A stretch of DNA of 62,348 nucleotides, counting the filler, from Chiloscyllium plagiosum (taxonomy: Eukaryota): the NCBI RefSeq assembly GCF_004010195.1. It is 4 parts of one record of this genome, joined end to end, with 100 filler letters (N's around TTAATTAATTAA, not from the genome) between each part and the next. Parts side by side here need not be neighbours in the genome. Positions count along the whole stretch, not along the records: positions 20,520 to 35,301 come from NC_057715.1; positions 35,402 to 54,229 come from NC_057715.1; 2 more parts are not named here. The stretch is one strand, 5' to 3'. The notes under the pieces are model-generated. The model had not been told where the DNA came from and did no database searches. It saw only the letters and a program-made list of their open reading frames with translations. The stretch's first letter is position 1. Each line of letters begins with the position of its first letter. The position numbers and the translations under genes were made by a program. This document shows, one piece after another, positions 24,979 through 38,638 of this stretch.

Positions 24979-26733
24979 TAACAGATGCACAGATATTTTC
25001 TTTGGCTTAATCCTGTTCCCCTCCACTCATTACCTTCAAAAGTACAGAGTCTTACTGGGTTAACAAAACATACACGCATGCCCACAGTTGGAGGAGTCAA
25101 TGGAAAAAACATTACGAATGAGAATTTCTCTCTCCTCCCTGTTTCCTTGAACTAACTGCAGCATCCTAATTGGTCCTCTGGCAGAGATCAGCCGATTTTG
25201 TACAGAATGGAAAATATCAGACAGAGCTCTTCAATACAACTGGACAGCAGTATTGGTTGCGGGATTCAGACTTTCCAACTGTATTACTGTGAAAAATAGT
25301 TAAATGGCACTATTGTTGAATGGGGAATAGTTAGCTTGAAAATCTGATACCGACATAAAGCAAAAAAAAATCAATAGCCTTAGCTGTAGCACTTTAATTA
25401 GAGTACCTTGTATTTCAAAGTATGCACCCACCACAGGTTCAAGTCAAGAAAAAGGTTTGTTCACCAGATGAAACTTCAAGTGCAGATATTTCCTACACAA
25501 CACCCCAAAAAGTAATACCAGTGATAACATGAATTAAAATATTTGATATTTTATAATCAATGTTAATAACAACAAGGACATAATTTAATGTAGTGGGACA
25601 CTGCTGTAAAAATAGGGAAGATGGAGAGGTAACCGATAAAATGTCTATCCAGTTATGAGCAGCACATCATCCAACATACATGGCAATTCTGCCATGAAGT
25701 CAGTACTGATGTCTGTTCAAAACTACAAGTCATAAGTAAAACTAGGCACTAATACATTTACTAGGGAATTGAGGGAAAGCTTTTTTAACTCTTTAACAGT
25801 CATGCCACATAAATGATCATCGCTAGGAACAGAGATCTGATCATCTCCCTTTAGCATTTAACGGCACAACTGTCACTGAATCCCTCACTATCAAGATTCT
25901 TGGGTTACCATTGACTAGAAACTGAACTGGGCTAGCCACTGAATTACTGCAGCTACAAAATCAAGTCATGGAAAAAAGTCCTGCAGTGCAAGCTTCACCT
26001 CCTGACACTCCAGAGACCATCTACTGTCCAAAAGGCGCAAATCAGGAATGTGATGGAATACTCCCCATTTGGCTGGATGTGTGCATATCCAACAATGCTT
26101 AAGAAGCTTGACACCATACAGGACAAAATGTCCCGCTTGATCGACAACATCCATAAACAAACACAGTCTTTCCATAACTGATGTTCATTAGCAGTACGTA
26201 CTGCAGAATTTCGCCAAGGATCCTGAGGCAGCATCTTCCAAATCCCTTACCACTTCCATAAAGAGAACAACCCAGTTGCAAATACAAGTTAACACCAACC
26301 CTGCAAGCCATTCACAAGCCTGACTTAAATGACTCAGTATTCTGACTCTCTTCCTCCAATGTTGCAGGGTCAAAATACTGGAACTCCCTGATGAATAACT
26401 GTCGGTCCAAAATGAATTGCAACAGCTCAAGAAGGCCTGCTCAAGGACAACTATTGATTGGTAATGAATGCTAGCCCAGCCAACAATGCCTAAATTCCAT
26501 GAATGAATTTTTTTTAAAAACTCCATTATTGAGCACAAACCTGGAGTAACATTTCTGACCAGGTAGAGGATGAACTGTATGTCAGAAATGGAGTTTTTCA
26601 AATGTTAAGCTTGGACTGAGTGCGTGCATTTGTTAGATAAAAAGGTGCTAATTTATGTAAATCGGCAGTTTTAAAATTCTGTACTTGTGAACTTTGAGCA
26701 TGGCTATCTTCAAGGTGTTCATTGAAAGGTCAG

Positions 26734-26927
26734 GAAAAAGTGAGGACTACAAATGCTGGAGATCAGAGTAGAGTGTGAGGTGCTAGAAAAGTACAGTAGG
26801 TCAGACAGCATCCAAGGAGTAGGAGAATCGACATTTCGGTTAGGAGCCCTTCATCAGGAATGAGGCCTTAACGTCGATTCTCCTGCTCCTCGGATGCTGC
26901 CTGATCTGTGTTTTTCCAGCACCACAC
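26734..26927. mobile_element. Fold-back pLTR insertion (family A) with 15-bp TSD
   Basis: tcattgaaaggtcag (26719-26733) and tcattgaaaggacag (26928-26942); internal inverted arms. Confidence 0.88.
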
Positions 26928-27084
26928 TCATTGAAAGGACAGCCTAATTAAGAATGGGCTAAATGCCAAACCCCATTCATGGACTCAACTAACTTATATT
27001 TAATTTTTTATAATTATCTCTCTGCCTCATTTCATCAGATTATAAGTGATCCCTTCAGTTATTCAGCTATTGACAGTTTACTGC

Positions 27085-28308
27085 ATTGGCGCCACCTCAT
27101 GCTCCCACGAGGAGGTTGAGCAATTCACTAACACATTCCACCCTGACCTTAAATTTACCTGGACCATCTCTGACACCTCCTTCCACTTCCTGGACCTCTC
27201 CATCTCCATTAATGATGACCGACTTGACATTGACATTTTTTACAAACCCACCGACTCCCACAGCTACCTGGATTACACCTCTTCCCACCCTACCTCTTGC
27301 AAAAATGCCATCCTGTATTCCCAATTCCTCCAACTCCGCCGTATCTGCTCCCAGGAGGACCAGTTCCACCACAGAACACACCAGATGGCCTCCTTCTTTA
27401 GAGACCGCAATTTCCCTTCCCACGTGGTTAAAGATGCCCTCCAACGCATCTCATCCACATCCCACACCTCCGCCCTCAGATACCACCCCTCCAACAGTAA
27501 CAAGGACAGAACGCCCCTGCTGCTCACCTTCCACCCTTCGCATAAACCAAATCATCCGCCGACATTTCCGCCACCTCCAAAAAGACCCCACCACCAGGGA
27601 TATATTTCCCTCCCCACCCCTCCCCGCCTTCCGCAAAGACCGTTCCCTCCGTGACTACCTGGTCAGGTCCACACCCCCCTACNNNNNNNNNNNNNNNNNN
27701 NNNNNNNNNNNNNNNNNNNNNNNNNNNNNNNNNNNNNNNNNNNNNNNNNNNNNNNNNNNNNNNNNNNNNNNNNNNNNNNNNNNNNNNNNNNNNNNNNNNN
27801 NNNNNNNNNNNNNNNNNNNNNNNNNNNNNNNNNNNNNNNNNNNNNNNNNNNNNNNNNNNNNNNNNNNNNNNNNNNNNNNNNNNNNNNNNNNNNNNNNNNN
27901 NNNNNNNNNNNNNNNNNNNNNNNNNNNNNNNNNNNNNNNNNNNNNNNNNNNNNNNNNNNNNNNNNNNNNNNNNNNNNNNNNNNNNNNNNNCCAGCTCAGC
28001 ACTGTCCCCATGACTTGTCCTACCTATCTTCTTTTCCACCTATCCACTCCACCCTCCCCCCCCCCCCCACATATCATCTTCATCCCCTCCCCACTCACCT
28101 ATTGTACGCCATGCTACTTTCTCCCCACCCCCACCCTCCTCTAGCTTATCTCTCCACGCTTCAGGCTCTCTGCCTTTATTCCTGATGAAGGGCTTTTGCG
28201 CGAAACGTCGATTTTGCTGCTCCTCAGATGCTGCCTGAACTGCTGAGCTCTTGCAGCACCACTAATCTAAAATCTGGTTTCCAGCATCTGCAGTCATTGT
28301 TTTTACCT
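27085..28308 (+). mobile_element. Penelope family A: RT C-terminal half, gap, 3' UTR and pLTR
   Basis: FHPDLKFTWTISDTSFHFLDLSI, YKPTDSHSYLDYTSSHP, KNAILYSQFLQLRRICS; hammerhead at 28182-28209; tail gtcattgtttttacct. Confidence 0.93.
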
Positions 28309-28309
28309 A

Positions 28310-28528
28310 GTTTACTCACACCATCTAACAGTCTTGGTCACCTGCACATACTTATTATTCAACATTCCACTCATACCATTTGTATGATCTTTTGATCTAT
28401 GCCTATAAATTCTGTGTTCTATGTGCTTCCCACTCACTACACCTGACGAAGGGACTACACTCTGAAAGCTTGTGATTTCAAATAAACATGTTGGACTATA
28501 ACTTGGCGTCGTATGATTTCTGACTTTG
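28310..28528 (+). mobile_element. Penelope family C-like pLTR
   Basis: cacctgacgaagggactacactctgaaagcttgtg...ttggactataac. Confidence 0.75.
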
Positions 28529-28529
28529 C

Positions 28530-30620
28530 CCTGGAGAGCAGTGACTATGCCATAGTAGAATTCAGCATTCAAACTGACAGTGAGAAACTTGGTTGGAAAC
28601 AACTGTGCTAAACTTAAATAAGAATGATGTCATAGGAATGAGGGCAGAAATGGTTGAAATGGACTGAAAGGAATTGAGCAGATGATTGAGGAACAACACA
28701 AACAATTAAGAAAATATTAATGACGCACAGTAAAGATATATCCTAGTAAGGGAGGAGTCTTTTTTCCCCCACTTCTAGCACATGGGTATCACTGACTGAG
28801 CCAACATTTATTGCCCATCCCTAGTTGTCCTTGAGAAGGTAGTGGTGAGTGATTTGCCAGGCCATTTCAGATAGCAGTTGAGTGTCAAACACAGTGAAAT
28901 GGCTCCGGAGTGACATGTGGGTCAGAACAGGCAAGGATGGCAGATTCCTTCCCTGAAGGACATTATGAGCAAATGAGCAAAATTATTTTTTTTTAAACCA
29001 ACAATCGATAATGGTCAATTGATTCTTAATTTCAGATTTGTTTTTTTTCAAAATAGAATTCAAATTCCGCCATCTGCTGTGAGTCCTAAGAATACTAGAT
29101 GAATTTTTGAAAAATAGTCCAGCCTTAATACCACTAGGCCATTGCCTCCCCTCCTTCTAGGGAGGGAAAATTGTTAAATGGTTTAAAAAAAAGGTTAATC
29201 AAGGAAGTTAAGGGCAGTATCAGAGTGAAAGAAAAACAAGCCTAGAATGTGACAAAGATTAGTAGTAAACCAGAAGACTGGGAAAGTTTTAAAAAGATAA
29301 CCAAAAATAAATATAAACAAACTGAGGGCAAAGTGGCAAGCAAAGTAAAATAAGACAGCAAGAGTGTCTTCAAATATGTTAAATAAAACGAAGAGGCCAA
29401 AGTGAACACAGGCTCCCGAGAGAATGAAGTTAGAGAAATAATAATGGGGAACAACGATATGGCACAGGAGTTAAATACTTTGTATCCTGATCCATAGTAG
29501 AGAAAACTAATATAATTTCAAAAATACTGAATAGTCGAGGACCTGAGAAATGGAAAAGGAGCAGGAAAAAATATCACCAAACAGTAAGTGCGAGGGAAAG
29601 TAATGGGGTTACAGAGTAATGGATTCCCTAAACTTGATGGGTCACATGACAGAATTTGAAACAACATAGCTACATAGATAATGGATGAACTAGTAGTAAT
29701 TATCCACAAATTCTTACATTCATAAAATGCCGCAGAGGATTCATAACTGCTGATACAATGCCCTTCTTCAAAAAATGGAGTGACACAAAAAACAAAATAA
29801 CTATAGGCCAGTTAGCTTATTGTCTGTCATTAGCAAAATGTCAGTTCCTAATGCAGAATGTAACAGCAAGGCATTTAGAAACCTATAATAAAATCAAGAA
29901 GAGTCAGAAGGCTTCAGAAAGGGGAAATAATACCTGACAAATTTAATTGCAGTTCTTTGAGAAGGTAACATGCAGGACAGATGAAGGGGATCCACTAGAT
30001 GCAATATATTTGGATTCTCAAAAGGCATTCAATATGGTATTACACAGGCTACTTAACATATTAGTCCATGATGTTGCAAGGTAGTATATTAGCATGAATA
30101 ATATTAGCATTGCCATTTGGTTCACTAATGTTCTTTAGGAGAAGAAATCTGCCATCCTTACCTGGTCTGGCCAAATGGGATTCCAGATCCACAGCAATGT
30201 GGTTGATTCTCAACTGCTCTCTGGGCAATTAGGGATGGGCAATAAATGCTGTCTAGCCAATGACGCCCCCATCCCGTGAATGAATAAAGGAAAAAAATAA
30301 ATGGATAACTGAGACAAAGAAGAATCTAGAAAGATGGGGCATTTTCAGTGGCAACCTATAAATTGCCACTGGAGTGGGGTACAATCAGAGTCAGTACTGG
30401 GTATGCAATTATTTACAATATGCCTATATTAATAGCTTGAATGATGGAAGTGAACGTACTATCACCAGGTTTGTGGATGAAATACATTGTGTCATTCTTG
30501 CTACTTGCCTTCCCATCAGAGTCTACAGAAGTATGTCGACAGGTTAAGTAAGTGGGCAAGATTTGGCAGATAGAATATGTGGGAAAATATGAGGTTATGC
30601 ACTTTGGCAGGACAGAAAAG
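28530..30620 (+). mobile_element. Decayed CR1 ORF2 with nested SINE pieces (about 28770-29150 and 30115-30290)
   Basis: aactataggccagttagc (NYRPVS), atatatttggattctcaaaaggcattc (IYLDxQKAF), gttatgcactttggc (VMHFG). Confidence 0.8.
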
Positions 30621-32394
30621 ATCCCAACTCAAAAAGTACAGAGAAGCTGAAGGTGCTCCACAATTCTTAAATCACAACAGTGAGTACACTTCAAAAGATC
30701 GTAAAGCACTTGAAACCCTAAGGTGGCAATAGGTGCAAGATTAAATCAACCCCTTTTCTCTCACTTCTCCTCAACGTCAATTGCTCCTCACTCCTGAAGT
30801 TCGATAACAACCTAGAGATTTGGAATACAGTAATTTCAATAATGAAACGAGTTCAGCATCAAACATTACTTCCTCAGTCCTCCATCTGGATTTTTCAGTT
30901 GAAATAAGGGAACTGGCACAAGGCAATCTTGAGGAGTTTACAATTTCAGCCACAATGACAGGAGTATTCTGAGTAGGGACAAAGACTCAAGAATGAACTG
31001 ATCACAGGATGCTCAAAGTGTATCAAGAAACAAGGTTGTGTTCCCTTTTTCTTACCAATTGCTCATTTCCTGTTTTAGTACAACCAAATAGTTTGACCTT
31101 GCATTGTCAATTTTGACCTACTTGGTAATAAAGTGAAGTACAAGCATTTAAATACATCTAACACTGATCCCCCCCAAGACAAATTCGAAGTAAAAGCTAC
31201 AAAGTATTGTAATATAAAATAAACTGGCTAAAAAAATGATTTTCTCTGCAGTTACCAAAAGCTATTTTCTATTCCTAAATACACTTACAACAAACACTAC
31301 CATCACATCAACTCCTCTTAACATGAATATTTAATAGTTGATCTTGGAAACAACACTACCTGAAGTTTAAGTAAAAATATCTTTTTCAAAATGGCTCAGG
31401 CAAAAACTGGCTGAACCATTGACGTTTATCTAAACCATTACCAACATAACCTCTGCTCCATTGTGACTGAACAAAGAGTCAGTTCACTCCAATAAACCTC
31501 TTGAAACGTTGCCACTTTCTTTAAATGATCATTCCTGAAAAGTAGGCATCATGGCCAAAGGATTCCTAACTAATTCAAATCAGCAACTTATTAGTGGGCA
31601 GTTAAGAGTTGCAAGGAGAGAGGCATCAACAGCTAACTTATCAACACCATTCCTACATCGCAACAAATGGTTTTACACGTTAACAATCAAAACAGGTGAA
31701 ATGGCTTCTTCGTTAGTCGAATATTTCTTGAAATTAGGTTAGCAGCTGCCAATCTTTGAGAAACTTGCCCAACAAAAGAAACATCCCCTTAAATAAAAAT
31801 GGCCAATAGCCCCAGCAGCTATTTTGTAGTAGACATTTAGTGATGCTTTTGAATTTTTTTATGTTAGATAGATCCCACTCATTGACAGGTTTCTGATCAC
31901 TCGTACTGTGCCTCAGCATAGTAAATTAGAAAATGCTTTCTCCCGATTTAATTCAAAAGTTTTGGAGTTAATAACAACAATTAGAGAAGTTTAGTGCCCA
32001 AAGGACTTGGCAATAAAATTGCACATACCTGACATTACTCTTTACTGAAACTCTCACCCTTAAATCATTGCTTACAGTATCAAGAAAGCATTTATTTTAA
32101 AGAAAGACATTACACTTAGCTTTCTCTCACTTAATTAAGCACCCAACTAAAAAGTAAGAGGAAAGCTGCCATAGTCTTACCAGAATGCTCTGTCAGAGAA
32201 AGAGAGGTGACTGGTGGTGACTAAAGAGTCACCACACCTCAGGCGAGCGAAGAGATTGAAAAGTAGAGTCCTCAACAGGCAACTTCAGCTGGTGCAGGAA
32301 TTGAACCCACACTGTTGACATGCTTTTGATAGCAAATCAGCTATCCAGCCAACTGAGCTAACTGATCCATCTACTGTGGTTGTCAATGAGGTCA

Positions 32395-33195
32395 TGATGC
32401 CACAGTGGTAATATCACTGGACTAGTAATCCAGAACCACAGATAATGCTTTGGAAACATGGGTTTGAATTACAACATAGCAGAATTCAATAAAAATCTGG
32501 AATTAATCAATTACAACGTTTAAAAGGCATTTGGATGGGTAGTTGAATAGAAAGGGTTTACGGGAATACGTGCCAAATGTTGGCATATGGGACGAGATTA
32601 AATTTAGATTAGATTAGATACCTTATAGTGTAGAAACAAGCCCTTCGGCCCAACAAGTCCACACCGGACCTCTGAAGAGTAACCCATCCAGACCCATTTC
32701 CCTCTGACTAATGCACCAAACATTATGGGCAATTTAGCATGGCCAATTCACCTGACCTGCACATCTTTGGATTGTGGGAGGAAAGCAGAGCACCCGGAGG
32801 AAACCCACACGGACACGGGGAGAATGTGCAAACTCCACACAGACAGTCGCCAGAGGCTGGAATTGAACCTGGGACCCTGGTGCGGTGAAGCAGCAGTGCT
32901 AACCACTGAGCCAACGTGCCACCCGGATATCTGGTCAGCATGGACAAGTTGGACCAAAGGTCTGTTTCCGTGCTGTACATCTCTATAATTAAGAAGTTAG
33001 CCTAAGAGTGACCATGTAACCACCAGTGATTGCTGCAAAATCCCATCTGGTTTGAAAATGTCCGTTACAAAAGGAAATCTCATGTCCTTACTTCGTCTGG
33101 CCAACATGAGACACCAGATCCAAAGCAATATGATTGGCTCTTAACTGCCCTCTAAACAATTCAGGATTTGCAATTAGTACTGGCCTAGCCTGACA
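32395..33195 (+). mobile_element. tRNA-head SINE (fourth family; copies near 41675-42330, 47335-47675, 60400-61345) hosting a CR1 3' end, itself hosting an HE1
   Basis: Head cagtggtaatatcactggactagtaatccaga; body ggaaatct.ccatccttac...ccagatcc. Confidence 0.7.
32604..32924 (-). mobile_element. HE1-type SINE, full length
   Basis: HE1 head, core and (AATCT)n tail. Confidence 0.92.
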
Positions 33196-33782
33196 TATTT
33201 TTGTATGGAATGCGGATATTTTATTTTAAATATAATTTTATTGTCAGTGACAAATGCAGTTACCAACTACTTTAAAACTGCTGTCATAGATCAAACACCT
33301 ACAAACCAGGTTTTATGAACCACATATTCATACACTGTGTAATATCTATTAACCAATGTATCTATCTATAGCAGTTACTACCCTTCAAGGTCACACAATG
33401 TTGTAAATACAAAGTGATTAGAATTTGAGCAAGTCATTGACTGGCCAAATGAAATTTACAATTACCTTCAAATTAGAACTTTCTAAACTGAAATTTATTA
33501 CCTATATTTGCATACCACAAATGGTTGCCTTTAAAAAGCAAACCAGATTAGAGGCTTTAAAACTGTAAAATTGAGTAATGTCACAGGAAAGATGCTAGTG
33601 AAATTACAAGTTCAATTTGCAATTAACAGTTGACTGTAAATACTTAGTTCAGTATTAAAGGTTGCTCAGATCGACAAGTCTTGGCTAGAATCTTGATTTT
33701 ATGCATCTTATTTGCTTTGTTAACTAACTTCCACTCACTGCGCTTTATTAAAGAAATAATTCTGCTTTTGTAAAGTGACTGC

Positions 33783-34300
33783 GGGATTTCTGGTCACAAC
33801 GATATAGGAAGGGAAAAGGTTGAGATTCTGAAGGGAGATTACAGAGAGTTAGGCAGAAATTTAAAAAGGAGGTCCTCAAGGGTAGTAATATCTGGATTAC
33901 TCCCAGTGCTAAGAGCTGGTGAGGACAGGAATAGGAGGATACAGCAGATGAATGCATGGCTGAGGAGCTGGTGTATGGGAGAAGGAATCACATTTTTGGA
34001 TCATTGGAATTTCTTTTGGGGTAGAAGTGACCTGTACAAGAAGGACAGATTGCACCTAAATTGGAAGGGGACTAATATACTGGCAGGGAAATTTGCTAGA
34101 ACTGCTTGGGAGGATTTAAGCTAGTAACGTGGGGGGGGGGGGGAATCCAGGGAGTTAGTGAGGAAAGAGATCGATCTGAGACGGGTACAGATGAGAACAG
34201 AAGTGAGTCAGGCAGGGCAGGCAGGGACAAGGTAGGACTAATAAATTAAACTGCACTTATTTCAATGCAAGAGGCCTAACAGGGAAGGCAGATGAACTCA
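33783..34300 (+). mobile_element. CR1 ORF1 (SGNH esterase-like) C-terminus and ORF2 start
   Basis: RVVISGLLPV..RNRRIQQMNAWLRSWC..FLDHW..DLYKKDRLHLNWKGTNILA; then CTYFNARGL. Confidence 0.88.
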
Positions 34301-34381
34301 CGCGCATGTGGATGTGTGTGAGGGGTGGGTGGGATTATGAAAGAGTGCGTATATGTGTGTGAGCGAGAGTGTAAAGAGGTA

Positions 34382-36311
34382 CCTGAACCAGAAGGGCACC
34401 AATATCCTGGGAGTTAGGTTTGCTAGCACTCTTCGGGGGGGTTTAAACTAATTTGGCAGGGGGATGGGATCTGGACATGTAGTCCAGCAAGTAGGCGAGT
34501 TGTTTGTCAGGATGTCCAAGAATGTAGGGAGGCTGTGGAGAAGGTAGCACTGACAGGGAATACTTGCGGACACAGAGATGGGCTCAAGTGTGTATACTTC
34601 AACGCAAGGAGTATCAGAAATAAGGTGGGTGAACTTAAGGCGTGGATCGGTACTTGGGACTACGATGTTGTGGCCATCACGGAAACGTGGATAGAAGAGG
34701 GACAGGAATGGTTGTTGGAGGTTCCTGGTTACAGATGTTTCAGTAAGATTAGGGAGGGTGGAAAAAAAGGAGGGAGGGTGGCGTTGCTAATTAGAAATAG
34801 GATAACAGCTGCAGAAAGGCAGTTCGAGGGGGATCTGCTTTTGGAGGTAGTATGGGCTGAAGTCAGAAATGGGAAATGAGCAGTCACCTTGTTGGGTGTT
34901 TACTATAGGCCCCCCAATAGCAGCAGAGATGTGGAGAAACAGATTGGGAAACAGATTTTGGAAAGGTGCAGAAGCCACAGGGTAGTAGTCATGGATGATT
35001 TCAACTTCCCAAATATTGATAGGAAGCTCTTTAGATCAAGTACATTGGATGGGGCAGTGTTTGTGCAGTGTGTCCAGGAAGCTTTTCTAACTTAGTATGT
35101 AGATTGTCCGACCAGAGGGGAGACCATATTGGATTTGGTACTTGGTAACGAACCGGGACAAGTCATGGGTTTGTTAGTGGGTGAACATTTTGGTGATGGT
35201 GACCACAATTCTGTGACTTTCACCTTGGTTATGGAGAGAGATAGGTGCGTGCAACAGGGTAGGTTTTACATTTGGGGAAAGGGTAAATACGATGCAGTAA
35301 GNNNNNNNNNNNNNNNNNNNNNNNNNNNNNNNNNNNNNNNNNNNNTTAATTAATTAANNNNNNNNNNNNNNNNNNNNNNNNNNNNNNNNNNNNNNNNNNN
35401 NTTTTATTAATGACTTAGAAGAGGGAGTCGAAGAGTGGGTCAGTAAATTTGCAGATGATACGAAGATTGGTGGAGTTGTGGATAGTGAGGAGGGCTGTTG
35501 TCGGCTGCAAAGGGACTTAGATATGATGCAGAGCTGGGCTGAGGAGTGGCAGATGGAGTTCAACCCTGTCAAGTGTGAGGTTGTCCATTTTGGAAGGACA
35601 AATAAGAATGCAGAATACAGGGTAAGTGGTTCTTAGTAAGGTGGAGGAGCAGAGGGATCTTGGGGTCTATGTTCATAGATCTTTGAAAGTTGCCACTCAG
35701 GTGGATAGAGCTTGTAAGAAGGCCTATGGTGTATTAGGGTTCATTAGCAGAGGGATTTAATTCAAGAGTCGTGAAGTGATGTTACAGCTGTACAGGACTT
35801 TGGTTAGGCCACATTTGGAGTACTGTGTGCAGTTCTGGTCGCCTCACTTTAGGAAAGTCGTGGAAGCTTGGGAGAGGGTGCAGAGAAGATTTACCAGGAT
35901 GTTGTCTGGAATGGAGAATAGGTCATACGAGGATAAGTTGAGAGTGCTAGGCCTTTTCTCATTGGAACGGCGAAGGATGAGAGGTGACTTGATAGAGGTT
36001 TATAAGATGATCAGAGGAACAGATAGAGTAGACAGTCAGAAACTTTTTCCCTGGGTACGTGTTACAAGGGGACATAAATTTAAGGTGAAGAGTGGAAGGT
36101 ATAGGGGGGATGTCAGGGGTAGGTTCTTTACCCAGAGAGTGGTGGGGGCATGGAATGCGCTGCCTGTGGGAGTGGCAGAGTCAGAATCATTGGTGACCTT
36201 TAAGCGGCAATTGTATAGGTATATGGATGGGTGCTTAAGCTAGGACAAATGTTCGGAACAACATCGTGGGCCGAAGGGCCTGTTCTGTGCTGTATTGTTC
36301 TATGTTCTATG
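34382..36311 (+). mobile_element. CR1 LINE, second subfamily: ORF1 end, APE endonuclease, gap, RT end and tail; inserted in a Penelope UTR
   Basis: LKCVYFNARSIRNK..DVVAITETW, GVYYRPP, DFNFPNID, DGDHN, SKFADDTK, (TATGTTC)n tail; in-frame stops present. Confidence 0.93.
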
Positions 36312-37734
36312 TATAAGTCTGTGAGTGTGTGTGCACGAGTGTGTGGGAGTGTATGTGTGAGCATGAGAGAGAGATCTTGTGTATGAGAGGGGGTCTGCGT
36401 GAGTGCGCGTGTCCGTCTGTCTGTCTGTGCATTCGTGTTGCACTGGGGTCACCTGTAGTGTCAAGAGTGTGGTGCTGGAAGAGCACTGCAGGTCCTGTAC
36501 TGTGACATGAACCCGGTCCCGGTTGAGGCCATCCCCATTGGTACCGAACTTGGCTATCAGCCTCTGCTTGGCCACTTTGGGTTGTTGCCTGTCCTGAAGT
36601 CCGCCTTGGTCACCCAAAGGTCTGAGGTCGAATGCCCCGGACCGCTGAAGTGTTCTCTGACTGGGAGGGGACACTCCTGTCTGTTGATTGTTGTACGGTG
36701 TCCATTCATCCGTTGCCGTAGCCTCTGCTCAGTCTCACCAATGTACCACGCCTCAGAGCATCCTTGCCTGCAGCATTTGTGTGAGCGTATGAGAGTCAGA
36801 GTGTTGATCAATCCACAGGGGACACCTCCCACCACGTATACGGTCGGTACTCATGCGATTCAGCCAATGCTGTCTATCTCATACGGATGAATGGACACCG
36901 CACAACAATCAACAGACAGGGGTGTTCCCTCCCAGTCGGAGAACACTTCAGCAGTTGGGACGTTCATCCTCGGACCTTCGGGTGACCATCCTCCAAGGCG
37001 GACTTTGGGACAGGCAACAACGCAAAGTAGCCAAGCAGAGGCTGATAGCCAAGTTTTGTACCCATGGAGATGGCCTCAATCGGGACGTTGAGTTCATGTC
37101 ACACTGAATGTGACCCTACTGCACTACACACAGACCCTCTCTCTCATATGCTCACACATACACTCCCACACACATATGCACCCACTCACAGACTTCTACC
37201 CCTTTACACTCACACACACTCTCAGACGCTCATAACGCTTCTTCCCCCACCCCCCCACCACACACACACACACACAAATGTTTGTGGGGTAAATTTGTAC
37301 TTGCAGAATTACATTTTATTTTGCTCAAAAACTGCATGAATCCATGTAAGATTCATAAATCAGCTTTTTCAATTAGAATTCATTCTGAACATTGTGGCAC
37401 AGACAGGGCAGCTCACACCTTCAATGCATTATCTGAGCTGACATGGCACCAATTGTTAAAGTTCACTTGAGAATATAATTTTAAAAAGTTCTAGGTTTTA
37501 CATATGAAGAACTGAAACCAATATGGTAATTCTAAAAGATGACAGACTTAACAAACAATCCAGGTCTTTTTCAATATATAATTTCTGTTACATTACACTG
37601 TAAACTTTTGCTATAAATTCTGTGTCTTACGATCTTATACTCCACAATCACCTAATGAAGGAGCAGTGCTCGGAAAGCTAGAGCTTCCAAATAAAACTGT
37701 TGGACTATAACCTAGTGTTGTGATTTTTAACTTT
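36312..37734. mobile_element. Fold-back Penelope family C: minus arm about 36312-36780 (also 34301-34381) and plus arm about 36790-37734
   Basis: EAWYIGETEQRLRQRMNGHRTTI on the minus strand, the same GIY-YIG C-terminus on the plus strand (36880-37107), hammerhead-like pLTR at 37649-37683. Confidence 0.88.
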
Positions 37735-38200
37735 CTGGAATATGTCTTTGCAAAGAAGGTCTGGAAAGATGCATTGGTTTGTTTAAGTACATCCTAGTAG
37801 CTCATTACGCAAAACACTGTGGTCTATGGTTTGTTCCCCAGGATACATACCAAGACAAACATCGGCTGCACCTGGAGGACCATCATCTTGTTGAAAAATG
37901 TTGTTTGGTCTCCCCAAAATACGTTGCTCTTTCAGTGCAAAGACCTGACCTCAATCAAGTGTTACAGACTGACAGCTTTGACAAAGGGTCAGTTAGACTC
38001 GAAACATCAGCTCTTTTCTCTCCTTACAAATGCTGCCAGACCTGCTGAGATTTTCCAGCATTTTCTCTTTTGGTTGCAGACTGGCATATTCCAGGGTTCA
38101 AGATGACATGGTAAGGGATGCATTAAAGCTTGGGGCATCTGCTGCCAAGATGAAGTGGGAAAAGACTGCCATCCAAGGCCTGTCTGCCAAAGTACAATGA
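37735..38200 (+). mobile_element. Tx1-like LINE ORF2 C-terminal fragment containing a family B pLTR insertion (37975-38072)
   Basis: FAKKVW...VYGLFP..HT...WRTI...RDALKLGASAA; insertion flanked by gttacagactgaca and gttgcagactggca. Confidence 0.65.
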
Positions 38201-38638
38201 GGATTTGTTCAGTTATCAGACCTGCTCGGTGCCTCAAAATGAACATAAATAAGTTCTTGCACAAGTAGAAGAATTGGAAGTGCCTATTTTTGCAACTGAA
38301 GAGAAGCTCAGAGAAATATCAAAATTTCAATGTTTTGTTTTTTTTCTCTCTACAACGAAGTTACAGAACTGATTTAAAACTATTTATAGATGATTTTTAT
38401 AACGATTTTCAAAAGAAGAAAGGTCTTAGTTAACAATAGGAGCAAAAAAATCTAAAATATTTTCTTTACTCTGTACTCTTTGGACGCTGCAGTGCGTGAC
38501 TACTTTATCAGTTTAAATCACAAAGCTCACAACCAACGAAAGATTAAAACCAGGAACTGCCCTTATCATACTAAGCCAGGTTAAACATTTGTCTATTAAC
38601 ACACAGAAAGGGATATAAGTGAGACCCAACATCATTTT

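Noticed and set aside
30821..30847. Plus-strand WNTV codons resembling the missing ACER3 exon
   Set aside because: Wrong strand, and similarity ends after four residues.
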